From Seison nebaliae (lineage: Eukaryota): DNA of 56,532 nucleotides. Positions 12,421-25,066 of the stretch are shown in pieces. The position numbers and the translations under genes are program-made. How positions within the stretch are numbered: position 1 is the first letter of the stretch; every line of letters begins with the position of its first letter. Below the pieces are notes generated by a model. It did no database searches. It had not been told where the DNA came from and worked only from the letters and a program-made list of their open reading frames with translations. The stretch covers positions 1 through 56,532 of the forward strand of contig JALJEE010001598.1 of assembly GCA_023231475.1 (NCBI GenBank), in the 5' to 3' direction.

Positions 12421-14197
12421 ATGAAGTTGGCTTTCCAGCCAGCCACCTTCTTCTTCTTCTTCCTTCTGTCCATCGCATTAGTCGGAAGTTTCTTTTCATT
12501 CTCCTTCTTCAACTTCATTCTCCTTAGCAGGTGAGCCAAAATGTCCACGATGCAAAACGATGAGATGTCCATTGGGACAAATTGTCGATCCCGAAACTCA
12601 TTGCAAGTTATGTAGATGTCGCGAGACACTCGATTCGCCTTGTCAAGTTAAAACTATTCAAGTCAACTCTTTCTTCACTAAACTCAACTAGACGATAAGT
12701 TGTAAAGTGGATGAAACTTGTGTGGCAACAGACAACGGTTTACCCAAATGTCTACCAAGTTCCCAATTCGATTTTTTTTTTCAATTTCATTTAAATTTTT
12801 AAAAAAGAAATGGTGGAATTAGATAAATATTGTCCGGTTGCATTCAATTGCCCATCTTCACCATGTTCAACACATTCGCAATGTCAAGATAAATCTTCCC
12901 AATTATTATGTTGTCAAACAAAATGCGGATCTCAAGTTTTCCTCTCAAATTTCTCATCATAAATTCTTCATACTTCTTCTAAAGTGTGTCAAATCTTGCA
13001 ATAAAATGTTTTCATGTAATTTAGAATGTCCCGATGGACTGAAGGAGGACAAATATGGTTGTTCGATTTGTGAGTGTTACCAACCATGTACAAATTTCCA
13101 TTGTCGACGACAATACGAGTTTGAAATTTTTCTTTCTTCAAACAATTCTCTCCTTCTATAGATGTATTGAGATGAATACTCCACGATATTTATCAGATCG
13201 TTGGCTATTCTTCGATTCACCAATAACGGCCAATGTCGGACGTTATAGTATACCGAAGAAAATACCAATTTGTCGTAAAAGTTTCCTCAAATTTACTCAT
13301 TTGACAATTTAAAAATTTGTTCAGTTATCCGAAGTGGTTCCTGTCCGTTGAATGATGTGCCTTTATTGAAATCGTGTGCAAATACGAAATCATGCGAAGG
13401 GGACGGTGAATGCAATATTGGAGAGAAATGTTGCAAACATGAACGCTGTAGGAAAATATGTCGACGTTAGAAAAATTTCTAGTTTTTTTTTAATTTCGAT
13501 TTTTTTCCAGAACAATGTCCTTATTTGAACAATTGTTCATTGAAATGTAAATTCGGTCTGGAAATCCTGGCGAATGCGTGTATGACATGCAAATGTCATG
13601 ATCCTTGTGAAAAATCAAAATGTCCTCCCGGAAAAAAATGTCGTCCATTCACCAAAGATCGAGTTCAATGTGTCGATGGTTCTTCTTTCATAATCTCACA
13701 AATCATTTCCTCCGTTTTTTAAGAGAATAAATATGGACTGTGTCCTTCTAAAGGCAAAGTATCAATCAATATAACTGAAACGACATGCAATGTTGATGCT
13801 GATTGTAAGTGGACACATAAATGTTGTAAAAATTATGTGAATGGGAAGATCTGTGCAAGTTCTCCTTCAACTACTACCTAAAAAGGAATTAATTATTTTC
13901 CATTTCCTGTTCTTTCCAGTTCCTTGTGAGAAGACTAAATGCACCAATAATTGTTTCATGGGAAGTTATAAAGATGACGAATATGGATGTCCCACCTGCA
14001 AATGTAAATATGACGAATTGAAACAAGATAATATTATGCGATATTGTCCAGTTAGGAAATTGAATTGCTTCTAAATTTTTTTCAAAAATTGTTCTTAATT
14101 TTTTTTTTTATTTTAGATCGTCTGTCCAGCTAATATGAAATGTAGATGGAATGTACGATATAATATCCATCATCCAATGTGTGTGCCCATCACCTAA
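12421..14197 (+). CDS. Secreted Cys-rich WAP/antistasin multidomain protease-inhibitor-like protein, 11 exons
   Basis: Signal peptide MKLAFQPATFFFFFLLSIALVG; antistasin-like repeats (CNLECPDGLKEDKYGCSICEC, CTNNCFMGSYKDDEYGCPTCKC); WAP-like repeats (RSGSCP..CEGDGECNIGEKCC, KYGLCP..CNVDADCKWTHKCC). Introns start at 12488, 12647, 12759, 12936, 13119, 13281, 13466, 13679, 13859 and 14051. Confidence 0.85.
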
Positions 14198-14345
14198 CAG
14201 AATTATCTAAATTTTATACAAACATTTTTATTAACTAATCTCATAAGTCAAAAGTATTTTATTTTTAATTTATTACAACGTTGAACCTAGATCATTTATT
14301 TTTTACCTTTTTTCGAAATTAACAATAAATATTTATCACCCAATC

Positions 14346-15774
14346 TCAATTAAGATCGTCTTTCATCTCATGTAAATATTGTTCAGTTCGTTTCATATTT
14401 TCAGCTAGTGACCGATGCATTTTGGAATTGCCTCGCAACTTTCCTCCGTAACTGTCTCGATAATCATTCGCTAATATCTGTTTTTTCGGTCTCAATTTAT
14501 TCTTATCCAAATCATTCAACACATCGACATTAATGAGATTCTTTGGCATATTCCCATCGATTGTATATCTCGGTCCTTTCTTCTTCTCCTTCTTCTGAGC
14601 GAGTTCGGGAAGACGAATATCGGAATTTGTAGAACGTCTCCTCGCTGCAGTTCGAATATTCCTTTCTTTCATTCTAATACGTTTCGATACAATTTTATTC
14701 TTAGCTCGACAATATCGATAGATGATGAGTGGGGAAATGATTGCCATTAATAACAATTGAATGATTGCTGTGACGGTTAACATGGCGATGCTCCAATTAC
14801 GATCACGTAGAAAAGTTGGTTGGAGAAAAATACTGTCGACATATTTGACGACAATTGGAACTAATTTTTCCTTAAAAGATCCATCGATAAATGAACTCAC
14901 TTTACCAAATTGAATATTTCGAATACCGCGCAAAATGGCCGCTAAATGATGAGAATGAAAGTGAAATAATTAAATATTAATTAATTAAAATAATTATTAA
15001 TTAAAAATATTATTAAACGATGACATGTTGGACAACGTAAATTGCCCAATTTTATGGGAGTAGTTAAATTACAATGGGAAGTTCCTTCACAAATTTGAGC
15101 TATTTAAATTTAAAACAGTATTTAAAATATTAATTATTAATTAATTAAAACCGTTAGTTAAATAATAATTATGAACAGTTACAAATAAAGTGTCTTGTCT
15201 TACACGACATTGAAGAAATGAATTTGATTGTAGATTAGCTCGATAAACTATGAGTGGACATGAAGCACGATCACATTTTTGAGAATCGAGAATATAATTA
15301 TGATCTGTGTCTTTTATCGTTTTCTTCAATTCATTCCTTCGATGTCGAAAAGTGAGAAATTTGGTGAATTCGACACGCTCCACTATCTGACTACTATGTC
15401 CTTGAATGACGATCCATTCAATGGAAGTTCTCCTCGTCACATCAGTCAAACGGAAACCACAATGTAATTTAACATAATTCTTATCATAAACAATCAGATT
15501 GTCACCTGACCTCAAAAAAATTTTAATTGAACAATGATTCATGATGATTGATAAAATGGAAACGATTCGAATATGTAAAAGGACCGAAATGTTTCGGATC
15601 GGTTATTTCTAATTTGAACGCACAATTCTGATCACTCGATAATGCCGTTTCAGGAATATGATTATTGAATGTCTTCAAAAGACAATTCATCGTCTTATCA
15701 CATCCTCCACCACCCAATAGTGTAAGAATAAAAAACAAATTTAATTTATAACAATTCATGGCAAATTTTTTCAT
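14346..15774 (-). CDS. Type I membrane protein with Ig-like domain, 4 exons
   Basis: Signal-like N-terminus (ATG at 15774 or 15759); VKLHC..SIEW..LIVY..LQCRV Ig-like pattern; TM WSIAMLTVTAIIQLLLMAIISPLIIY followed by a basic tail; three frame-preserving GTT..AG introns. Confidence 0.6.
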
Positions 15775-15800
15775 TTGCCCCTTTATCTTTTTTGTAACAA

Positions 15801-16778
15801 TTAAAATTTTTGCGCTGACAAAAGTTTGGCACGACGATTTCGAATCTCTTTCGCTTTCCCTAATCTCTCCTTCAAAATTCCACATTTCGCCATCCAATTT
15901 ATTAAGACGACTACCGTCGGCACATAATTGTGACATCGTCGAATATTATCTTGATCTCGACGATTCTTTTTCTCCTCTTCTTGTTGGAGAGCGAATTGTA
16001 ATTTCATCATTTCTTCGTCAGCCTCTTCTGTCGTCTCTTGAGCTAATTCTCCCACTCGTTCCACAATTTCAAGAGCAGTCGAATATTTCAAATACATCAA
16101 ATTGAAACGAATTTCACTTCCATAACTCTGATACATGTCCATTCGTTTGGAGATGATTCCACTCGCAGATGTCAACCAGTTGTCACCGGAATAAGTTCCA
16201 TGATCGATCGGATGAGATCTCGTTCCGTCCAATTCAATAATGTGCTTCTCAAAAGGAATATAAGCGACAAAATGGAAAACATCTTCTTTTTTCCCTGTCA
16301 ATCCTTTCACCGGTTGTGATAATTGATGAATTCTTGCATATTTATTATGGACGAGACGAATATGATCCGAATTTGTGAGAGCTTCACCTTTCATTCGAGA
16401 AGAGAATTCGCCCGTAAATTCCTTAAATTCCGTCAACGTTTTCCCTATTTCGATTTTGTCGTCTCGAATATTCAAAAGAATACTCAAAATGGCTTGTGTA
16501 GCACAAGCATTTTGGATGACTTGTTCAGCGAAGAATAACTTCTCTAAAAGCTCACCATCTTTCAGGTATTTCCCACCAGTCATCGGTTGGCCACCTTTGT
16601 CCTTCTGGAGATTGGACCACTTAAATAAGAAAATTAATCCGTAAGATGATTTTATCGAATTTAACGTCGCCTCATCCATCGAATATAATTCATCCACCTC
16701 CAATTTATTACAACCCAATTCCCCAATGAGATGTGTAAATAATCCCGGGTCCGACTCTATCAAACACCATTCCTCCAT
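15801..16778 (-). CDS. UCHL5: Ubiquitin C-terminal hydrolase UCH37/UCHL5, intronless
   Basis: WCLIESDPG, FFAEQVIQNACATQA, FHFVAY, ELDG, EIRFNLM and ULD NIRRCHNY. Confidence 0.93.
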   Translation of the reverse strand: MEEWCLIESDPGLFTHLIGELGCNKLEVDELYSMDEATLNSIKSSYGLIFLFKWSNLQKDKGGQPMTGGKYLKDGELLEKLFFAEQVIQNACATQAILSILLNIRDDKIEIGKTLTEFKEFTGEFSSRMKGEALTNSDHIRLVHNKYARIHQLSQPVKGLTGKKEDVFHFVAYIPFEKHIIELDGTRSHPIDHGTYSGDNWLTSASGIISKRMDMYQSYGSEIRFNLMYLKYSTALEIVERVGELAQETTEEADEEMMKLQFALQQEEEKKNRRDQDNIRRCHNYVPTVVVLINWMAKCGILKERLGKAKEIRNRRAKLLSAQKF

Positions 16779-17462
16779 GAATCTTTTTAGTTAGAAGAAA
16801 TACAGTCAATCAAATTTTTACAAACGCATCCACTAAATAAACTTTTCAAAAAGCTTACTCTTCATCTACATTCCAACTATCATTATCTTCTTTAATAAGG
16901 TAAAAAATTCAAATTATAAAAAATTTCATTTTTCATCTCCTACATTTCATAACTACACAAAATATAACCCTTATTTCAATATTTTTAATTTCTCTTCCGA
17001 TTCTATAATATATTCTTCTATTTACATATAAATTTTCACGGAGTTAATCAATTGAAATTATTCAAGAAATTATACAAAATTTGTTTTTTACGTTAACTTC
17101 AAAATTATAAGAAAATTACTATTGGCGTAAGAAAACTATTATTGTGTAAGAAATGTTTCATTAAACATTGCTGTTAAATTAATTAATTAAACTAACCCTA
17201 AAATTGACAGAGGGGAATGTTTTCAGATTGAAATTTTTGGAGAAGAAACTATAAAATTAATAAATGATAAGTATAAATGATAAGAGTATAAATTGAAAAG
17301 AAAGATAACAGATTTCAAAATAATTTTCTTATTTAAATTAAATGAAATAAATAAAAAATATTAAATGGAAATATTATACTGTTCTCCATTCAATCGTTGG
17401 CCATTACATGAAAATCAAATAGAAGAGAAATATCAAAGTTCATTCTTTTCCAATTAAATGTG

Positions 17463-20400
17463 ATGGAGGATTACGAATTGTTTGAACGAGGTCATCATAA
17501 CCTCTTGTTCGAATCGACAAATTATTCGATCGATTCTTTCGCTTATTTCCGTTAGATTTTCATGTGGAATATTTTCATGATTCTCTTCGATATTTCTAGG
17601 AAATAAATTATATTTCGCTTGTCAGAACGATGTGATCAATTACAAATTAGAAGGTGAAATTAAAAATCTGTTGAAATTCATTAATTGATGTAAAATTGAA
17701 AATTGCAGAAGGAAAAATTGAGATGATGAATCGATATCAAAATGTTCTGAAGAAGAAAGTGACACAAATGATGATCGCTGAGGAATTGGCACAAATTCTC
17801 GTGGTGACGAATGGTTGAGAATTTGATTCTTTTTTTTTTAAATTTAATTTTAATATTTCAGATTATTTATTGACATGTCACACATTCTCCAATTTCACTC
17901 AATCACCAATCACCGTCATAAAAGATGTGAAATTTATCGATCTTGATGTTATTTCTATTTAATCATTTCTAATTATTAATTCTAATTAGACTGATGATAA
18001 TCGAAATACTTATCTGTTAATCGCGAATAAAAGAAATTATAGTATTCAATTATTCAAATGGACGGGACAAGATTTCTTCCAACAAACAGTTAAATTCTTT
18101 AATAATTTAAATTAAATAATTAACGCTTAATTTAATAATCATTAATTGAAGGCTCTTTCGTTACCGGGAGCGATAAAATCGGCAAAATTATGTGGGAAGA
18201 GTGTCTATGTTTATGTTGATCGTGAAGGATATTATCAGATCGATATTCAAAGTGGAGCAGCACAACAATTATATGGAAGTAATGGAAATGTTCCACCCAT
18301 TATCGAGACAATCAAATTACAAAATACTGAACGTGATCGATCAATGAGATTATGCATTCTCCAACTATCCAAAGATTCCGTCACCACCAAATCCAAAGAG
18401 AGTTCCAGTGTTGGATTGATATTCGACGAGAATAAAACTTTGTTGACCGACATCGATAATCAAATGACGTGGTCGCAAAATCCGACGAAATTGATATTTC
18501 TCCATCCATTCGTCATCGGTTTTCTCATCGTTTCTTTTTCATTTAAATTCATTTTTTGTTTTCAGGAATTAGTCGTGAGAAAGTACAAATTAAACGATTA
18601 TATGGATTGTTGAAAATGTTGGATAAATTCGAGTATGGTCAATTGGATGTGAAACATATTCAAAATGTCGATGTTTATGCTTTTGTTCGGAGATCCAAAT
18701 CGGAAATGAAACAATTAATTCCCATCAAACATGTGACTGTGGATGAGATGTTGGTGAATTCTCTTTTTTCTTGTATTGGAAATTTTTATTTTTTAATTTA
18801 ATATTTTTTTCAATATTTTTTTCATTTTTAATCAATAGAAATCAATCGATATTCGTCGCTGGTGATCATCGAATGATTAGTATTCAGAAGAAGACGTCAC
18901 ATCAAATTCAACAATATCTCAAATCGAAACGGGAATATGAAACATTGAGAGAATTAATCGAAGAAGATTTACATATTGACGAATTGGAAAAAAAAGATCA
19001 TTTTTTCACTCTCAATAATTTGACTGCGAATTCTCATTTCGGCAACGGGAATTATGGTGCAGCATTCCGTTTATTCAAAGAAGTTCGAACTGATCCAACA
19101 CATATCCTTCATCTCCGTCCTGAATTGTTACCGTCCTCGATAAAAATGGAAAATGAGATATTGGAACATTTATCGATTATGGTCATCGAATCGATTCGAG
19201 ACGATAATCGTCGGAATGATGAACGAATGATTAAACGAATTCAAAACGACGAAACTTTAGAAGAAATGACGAATTTTTTGAAATTTCATCGATCGGAATT
19301 ATTGAAAAAAATGGAAACGATTCAAAACGATTTCGATCCAGAATTCAATCCATTATTGAAGGAACAGAAACCAGTCGATTCGGCTCGTATTTGTCTCATT
19401 CTTATCGATACGGCAATGATGAAAATTTTCATAGGAACAAAAGAATTTGGGAAATTTATTGATCATCCGAAAAATTCCGTTCCGATAAATGAAGTTGAAA
19501 TGGTGATCGGTTTCCAAGAGAATGAATGGGAGGAAATGGATTGGAAGAATTTAGCGAGTTTTTATTTCAATAAAAAATCATATGGGAAATGTTTCGATTT
19601 ATTAAGAAAGAGATTGAAGACGAATGTGAATGAAACGATTTTGGAATATTTGTCAAGAATTGATGATAAACATATCGATATTCTATTCGAACAATCTATT
19701 CAATTAATTAGGAGAAATAATAATATAATTTATGATTTATTTCCGTTGAATTCACCAAAATGTTTAGCAGCAATTCATACGGAAGAAATCATCAAATTCA
19801 TTGAACGAACGATACCCAACGAATTAAGAGATTATCTTCTCCATCTCAAAGAGAATTGGAAAGAATTGTCAATGGAAAATTGTCGATTAATAAACGGAAA
19901 ATTAATTTTGACTTTATTCGGAATTCTTTTAGAATTTATTCAAATGAAAAATGTGAGTTTATCAGAGAAACAAGTTAATAATTATACCAATCAATTAATG
20001 ACAATTATTACGAATGATGACGAGGAATATGATGGAAAGGAAATCATTCATCAATTAAATGTTCATCCAATCACGTCAGTTATGACGAAAATCGATATTT
20101 CACCATCAATTATTACCACATGTCATTATCTGATTTTGGTGAAAGTTCACGTTTATGGACAATTACATCTACATAATGACTCGTTGGATTTACTCATCAC
20201 GCAATTGAATGACGAGAATGCACTACACGAATATCTCGATCGACATTGTCATTCATCCACCATCGAAAATGTTTCCTTCAATTTTCCTGTTCCTCTAACG
20301 AAATTTCCAGTTAACAATGGCGTTGGTGAAGTGTTTGTTGAAGGAGAAGAAAGAAGAAATGTTAGTGAAAGTTCTTGATAATAGAATGATTTATTGGATG

Positions 20401-20847
20401 GATAAATCGATGGACAATTGTCAGGAGAAGATCGGGAAAATTAAAGAAATTCTCAATCTCATCAAAAAATCCCAATTGAATGTTTCGTTGAGAAAAACGA
20501 AAAATTTCATCATCTCTTCTCTAGGTCTTATCGAGAAGAATTTAAAAGAACTTTATTTGCAGAAAACTTTATTACAAACACAACAATTATCTGTTAGAGA
20601 TTTTTTTCATTTGTTTTTTAAATTTTTGTATTGGAAAAGTTGGAAGAGAAAAGAATCGCAGCTGAAAGTGAAGTTTTCATTCTACGAGAAAATACGACAT
20701 GCGCTATTTGCATGAGAAGAATACGTATTAATGAATGGTTAATTTTCTTCATTTATTCTCCATAATTTCATTAAAACATTTAGTGCATTCATCAAATATC
20801 GAAATAAGAATTCGGTTGTTCATTTTGGTTGTCATAAAGAGAATTAA
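17463..20847 (+). CDS. VPS39: Vam6/VPS39-like HOPS subunit (CNH domain, C-terminal Zn motif), 11 exons
   Basis: CNH-like N-terminus (QLFKW, ALSLPG, MTWSQNP..LHPFVIG); central FKEVRTDPTHILHLRPELLP and LIDTAMMK; C-terminus CAICMRRI..AFIKY..VVHFGC. Divergent, so TGFBRAP1 is not excluded. Confidence 0.75.
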
Positions 20848-21069
20848 GAAGCCTTTTTAAATTCTTTTTATTACGAAATTTTTTTAAATTAAATTATATT
20901 TATTTCTTGAAATATATTTAATTAAATTTCATTTATTTTTTGAAATATTTCAAATTAAAATTTAGAATTAATATTGAAATAAATTGAAAAGAGAAAAAAA
21001 GATGAGTACGTCAAATATTGAAAACTGCGACTCACTTTCCAAATCTATTAGTTCTATCGTGGCTCATCA

Positions 21070-21522
21070 GCTGCAAAATGTGGAGTTAGAAATCTTCCAC
21101 GTACAAAGAGCATATAACCGAGCAATACGTATGTTACTCGGATGTGGCAAGCCTTTTAATAGAGCATTTATGTTCCATGTTAGCGGTCTGAAACCTTTGC
21201 CACTTCTCTTAAGTGGAACGATACTTGAGAATACTCGATTCTGTTGCGACTTCCGAACTCGCCGTACCGTCTTTCGTTCAGTGTGAAAAATTTGTTTCAC
21301 TGCTAAGTTTTTTTTGTCATTACTAAGGTTTAATTACTCCTAATACCATAAATGATTTCCGAATTCTACTGTCAAATTTTAACATATTATTTCATGTGCC
21401 TGATTTGCTGCTTTCAAGAATAGATCAGACCAAATCATTTATTTCCGATGATTCACCTAGTGAGTTATCTTATTTTCTTCTTCATTTACCCCCTGGGAAT
21501 TTGGTTTTATAATAAAAAAAAA
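21070..21522 (+). mobile_element. 5'-truncated LINE 3' end
   Basis: QRAYNRAIRMLLG resembles an ORF2 C-terminus, followed by a 3'UTR ending AATAAAAAAAAA; tail matches 80-142. Confidence 0.6.
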
Positions 21523-22538
21523 TTCGTTTAACCTCTTAATTTTGTTTAGTGAAGTTCAATTAATTTAATTTTCTTTTAATTTTAATTCAATTAATTTTCT
21601 CAAATAAAAATTCATATGAAGAATTTACTTTGATAATAATTCACTTCCAAATGACATATCGAGATAATTGGAAGTCGATTAGGACGATTGAAGATCAATT
21701 AATTCGTTTTAGTCTCTCAACTATTATTAATATTGATAACAATAAAAGTATAATTGGAGAATAATTTGAATAATTTTAAATTGAATTGATGAATAATAAA
21801 ATTAAATTCTAATTTGATCATCTTTTAATAAAGAACGATTGGAATAATATAAATTTAACTGTTCTATCTACTATTTCTCATTTCCCTTCACAATTTGCTT
21901 TTTGTCAAAATATTGTTACATAATATTCCGTCATTCGTTTAGAGGAAGCGCAAAAGAAAATATGAGGCAACCTCATTTCTTTCATACATTTCCAATTGAA
22001 CCATTTTACAAAAAAACAAACACCATTTTTTTTTCACTCCTTTTTTCTATTCATTGAAATTTATTGATGAAGTTTTATGTTTTCAGACGAGCGATTCAAT
22101 AGCTGTCAGAGGTGTGTGTGGGTTGACAATAGTCATGTTTATAATTCGTTTCTCCTACTTATTTATGGGTATGTCATTTCCGTTTTATTCTCAAATTATC
22201 ATTTTCACCTTTCAATTCACGTTGACGTCCGAAAAAAAAAGAGCGAGAAAAAAAAGCGTAGGTGTATTATCGGATAGAAATAAATATATCTCGTCTCTTA
22301 AAAGTGCCTCTTGAGATAGGGATAGAGTTTGGTGAATATGATTGGAGAGGATAGAAATTCAATTTGAATAGAAAGCTATGTGAAATATTTTCTTATTGAT
22401 GATCAGGTCTTATAATTTCACATTTGTTTTGACGATGTTCATCTTCACATATTAACGTATGGAATGATTAATCTGTTGAAGTCGTTTTATATTTAATCAG
22501 AAACGAGAAAAAAATCTTTTCTAAATTAAGTCAACAAA

Positions 22539-23303
22539 ATGATGGATCATTCGAAAATGGATCATTCAAAAATGAATCATTCGATGGCTCCAATGGATCA
22601 CTTAGGAATGGATCATGGTACCATGATGGGAATGGATCATTCAGGAATGATGATGTATTTCCATACAGGAATGAATGAAGTTATTCTATTCAAATGGTGG
22701 AAGACGGATGATCATATCGGAATATTTCTCTTTTCATGTTTCATTCTTTTCGTCATGGGATTCCTGTATGAAGGATTAAAGTATTTCCGAGAATATCTCT
22801 ATCAACTTGACAATATGAACATGTTGAGTTGTGGTCGTTCTTCCCAATACTCACTCGCCAACAACAACAACAACAATAATATTGATAATAATAATAATAA
22901 TAATGACGAATCGTCACGAGTTCAAATTTTACCATCAAATAATCATCAGCCGAATTCGGAGCAGAATATCAATAATTGTTGTTCGGGGGGTGATGGTGAA
23001 AAATCATCTCCCGCAACCACCACACCATTCATTCCAGCCAATAACGACCAAATACGGTTAGATGAACGATGTCATTGTTCAACCATCAGAAAGAAACGAC
23101 AAGTGATGATGAGTCCCTTACATTTGTATCAGACAATTCTACATATCGTACAATTCGTTCTCGCATATCTCCTCATGTTGGCGTTTATGACGTATAATGT
23201 TTGGATTGGAATGGCAATTTCATTAGGAGCTGGTTTCGGTTATTTCTCATTCGGATGGCGTCGTCAAGTTCTTACTCAAACTGACAACGACCATTGTCAT
23301 TAA
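22539..23303 (+). CDS. SLC31A1: High-affinity copper transporter CTR1, intronless
   Basis: MDH repeats, MMMYFHTG, LFKWW, LYEGLKYFRE, MLAFM (MxxxM), GAGFG and C-terminal HCH. Confidence 0.95.
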   Translation: MMDHSKMDHSKMNHSMAPMDHLGMDHGTMMGMDHSGMMMYFHTGMNEVILFKWWKTDDHIGIFLFSCFILFVMGFLYEGLKYFREYLYQLDNMNMLSCGRSSQYSLANNNNNNNIDNNNNNNDESSRVQILPSNNHQPNSEQNINNCCSGGDGEKSSPATTTPFIPANNDQIRLDERCHCSTIRKKRQVMMSPLHLYQTILHIVQFVLAYLLMLAFMTYNVWIGMAISLGAGFGYFSFGWRRQVLTQTDNDHCH

Positions 23304-23428
23304 TTTCACGAACTTTCTTTTTTGCTATCAGTTAATTTATCTCATTTTATCTTTTCAATTTTAAAACAATCTCCAAATTTTACATTTTTTTTCCATTTTA
23401 TTTCATAATAAATCATATTAATTAATTA

Positions 23429-25045
23429 TCATCTAGTCTTAGTGAGTGAGGAACATCCCAAAAAACTGTTAGCTTGAGTACTCTGTAATTCCAATGCATT
23501 TAATTGGGAGTCGATCGAGAACACTGGTCCATCCAACCACAATAAATCGAACCCTCCAATTTTCGTTTCTTTTCCATTTAATCTAAATTTGTATTTGGAG
23601 AACTATATAGAAAAGGAAGAAAATAAATTTAACTTTCCTTCCATATCAACCACATCGAATACATCCGACAATAAACGATATTTCAACTCGTAATCTTCCT
23701 GATTACTATGAACTAATGATGGAGATGCATTCACTTCCACTAACCATCTGATTTAACCGGAAATTTTGAAAATTTCTAATTTCGAAATTAAATAAAAGTT
23801 CTAACGCTTTTAAATCATCACCTAATAAGATATCATAACCATACAATTCGAAACAATGTTTATCATTGATGATATTCTTTTGAACTGATTTCAATGATGT
23901 GATAATCACATTATCGATTTCTTCCATTAATTTATTGATTCGATCTCTCCCATGAATTGCAGTCAAAAAAATTCTCAGTCGTTTCAATGACCATTTACAT
24001 CCTTTCTCAGCGTCATAATCTGGTGCAGTCTTCTGCACAGCAACATTTGTTAAATGAACATCTAAAAATGAATTTCATGAAACTGAAAATTTGAAAATTC
24101 CAACAAGTATCAGCAATCGATTCCATCGTATATCTCGTATTTGAAAATCGAGCGAAACCTTCTCGATATAACCAAATTTTTAATGGAATATACTAAAAAA
24201 GAATATAATTCACATTTATTTAAAACAACCAACACTTGTTACCACAACATAAATTCTTAAGTCAAATTTCCGTCCGCCAATAAGAAACGGTTTATCGATA
24301 TATTTTTGTACAACATAATCTTTCGGAATTTCCGCTTCTCGTTGTTGTCTTTCGAATTGACTAATATATTCATCACGTCGCCACTCACAAATATCTTTCA
24401 ATTCACGAAATAGAAAAATTCCTTTTCCTTGACTCTTCGCCACCGGTTTCATTATCCATACCGTCTCCGGACATTTTTTATATTCCTCAACGAACATATG
24501 ATATTCCGACTATTCTCAATCCAACAAACATTATTAGTTTTCGTTCACTTTCAATAGTTCAACTAACAGGCAATTCATAAGTTGTCGGATAGAAATCACA
24601 TCTGGAATTAGTTTCCTTATCGAATTTTCAATAACAAGTTTAGAAATTAACTGAGCGGTGTCGGGACTTCCTAATTTTTCTAGCTGTCGTCTATGACGCT
24701 TCAAATTTTTTACCATCAGATTCTTCCTGGTCAATTCGTAATGATTACGAAAATGATTAATTTTAGCACATTCATCAGTAATTCCTTGATCGAAACATTC
24801 TTTCATTATAGTTGTATCTGCCCAAAATATATCCCAAGGCTCGTCACTAAACAACGAACAGCTTTCAATTATTTCCAAATAATCAAATCATCAAACTTTG
24901 CTACTTCTACCCAACCACGGCTGGCCATAACAACATTGACAGTTGGTTGAAACGAACATCTGAAACGAATTGGTCTATCACTAATTCCTGGACGATTCTT
25001 ACCAACTGATGTCTTCACCGGTGCAACTGATTTATATCCCGACAT
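23429..25045 (-). CDS. TTLL9: Tubulin polyglutamylase TTLL9, 8 exons
   Basis: [78 protein letters not shown]; seven GTT introns restore the frame. Confidence 0.93.
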
Positions 25046-25052
25046 TAGGAAG

Positions 25053-25066
25053 GTAACGATGGCAAC
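25053..25066. promoter_or_regulatory. RFX X-box-like motif just upstream of TTLL9
   Basis: GTAACGATGGCAAC, one mismatch to GTHNYY-AT-RRNAAC. Confidence 0.5.
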
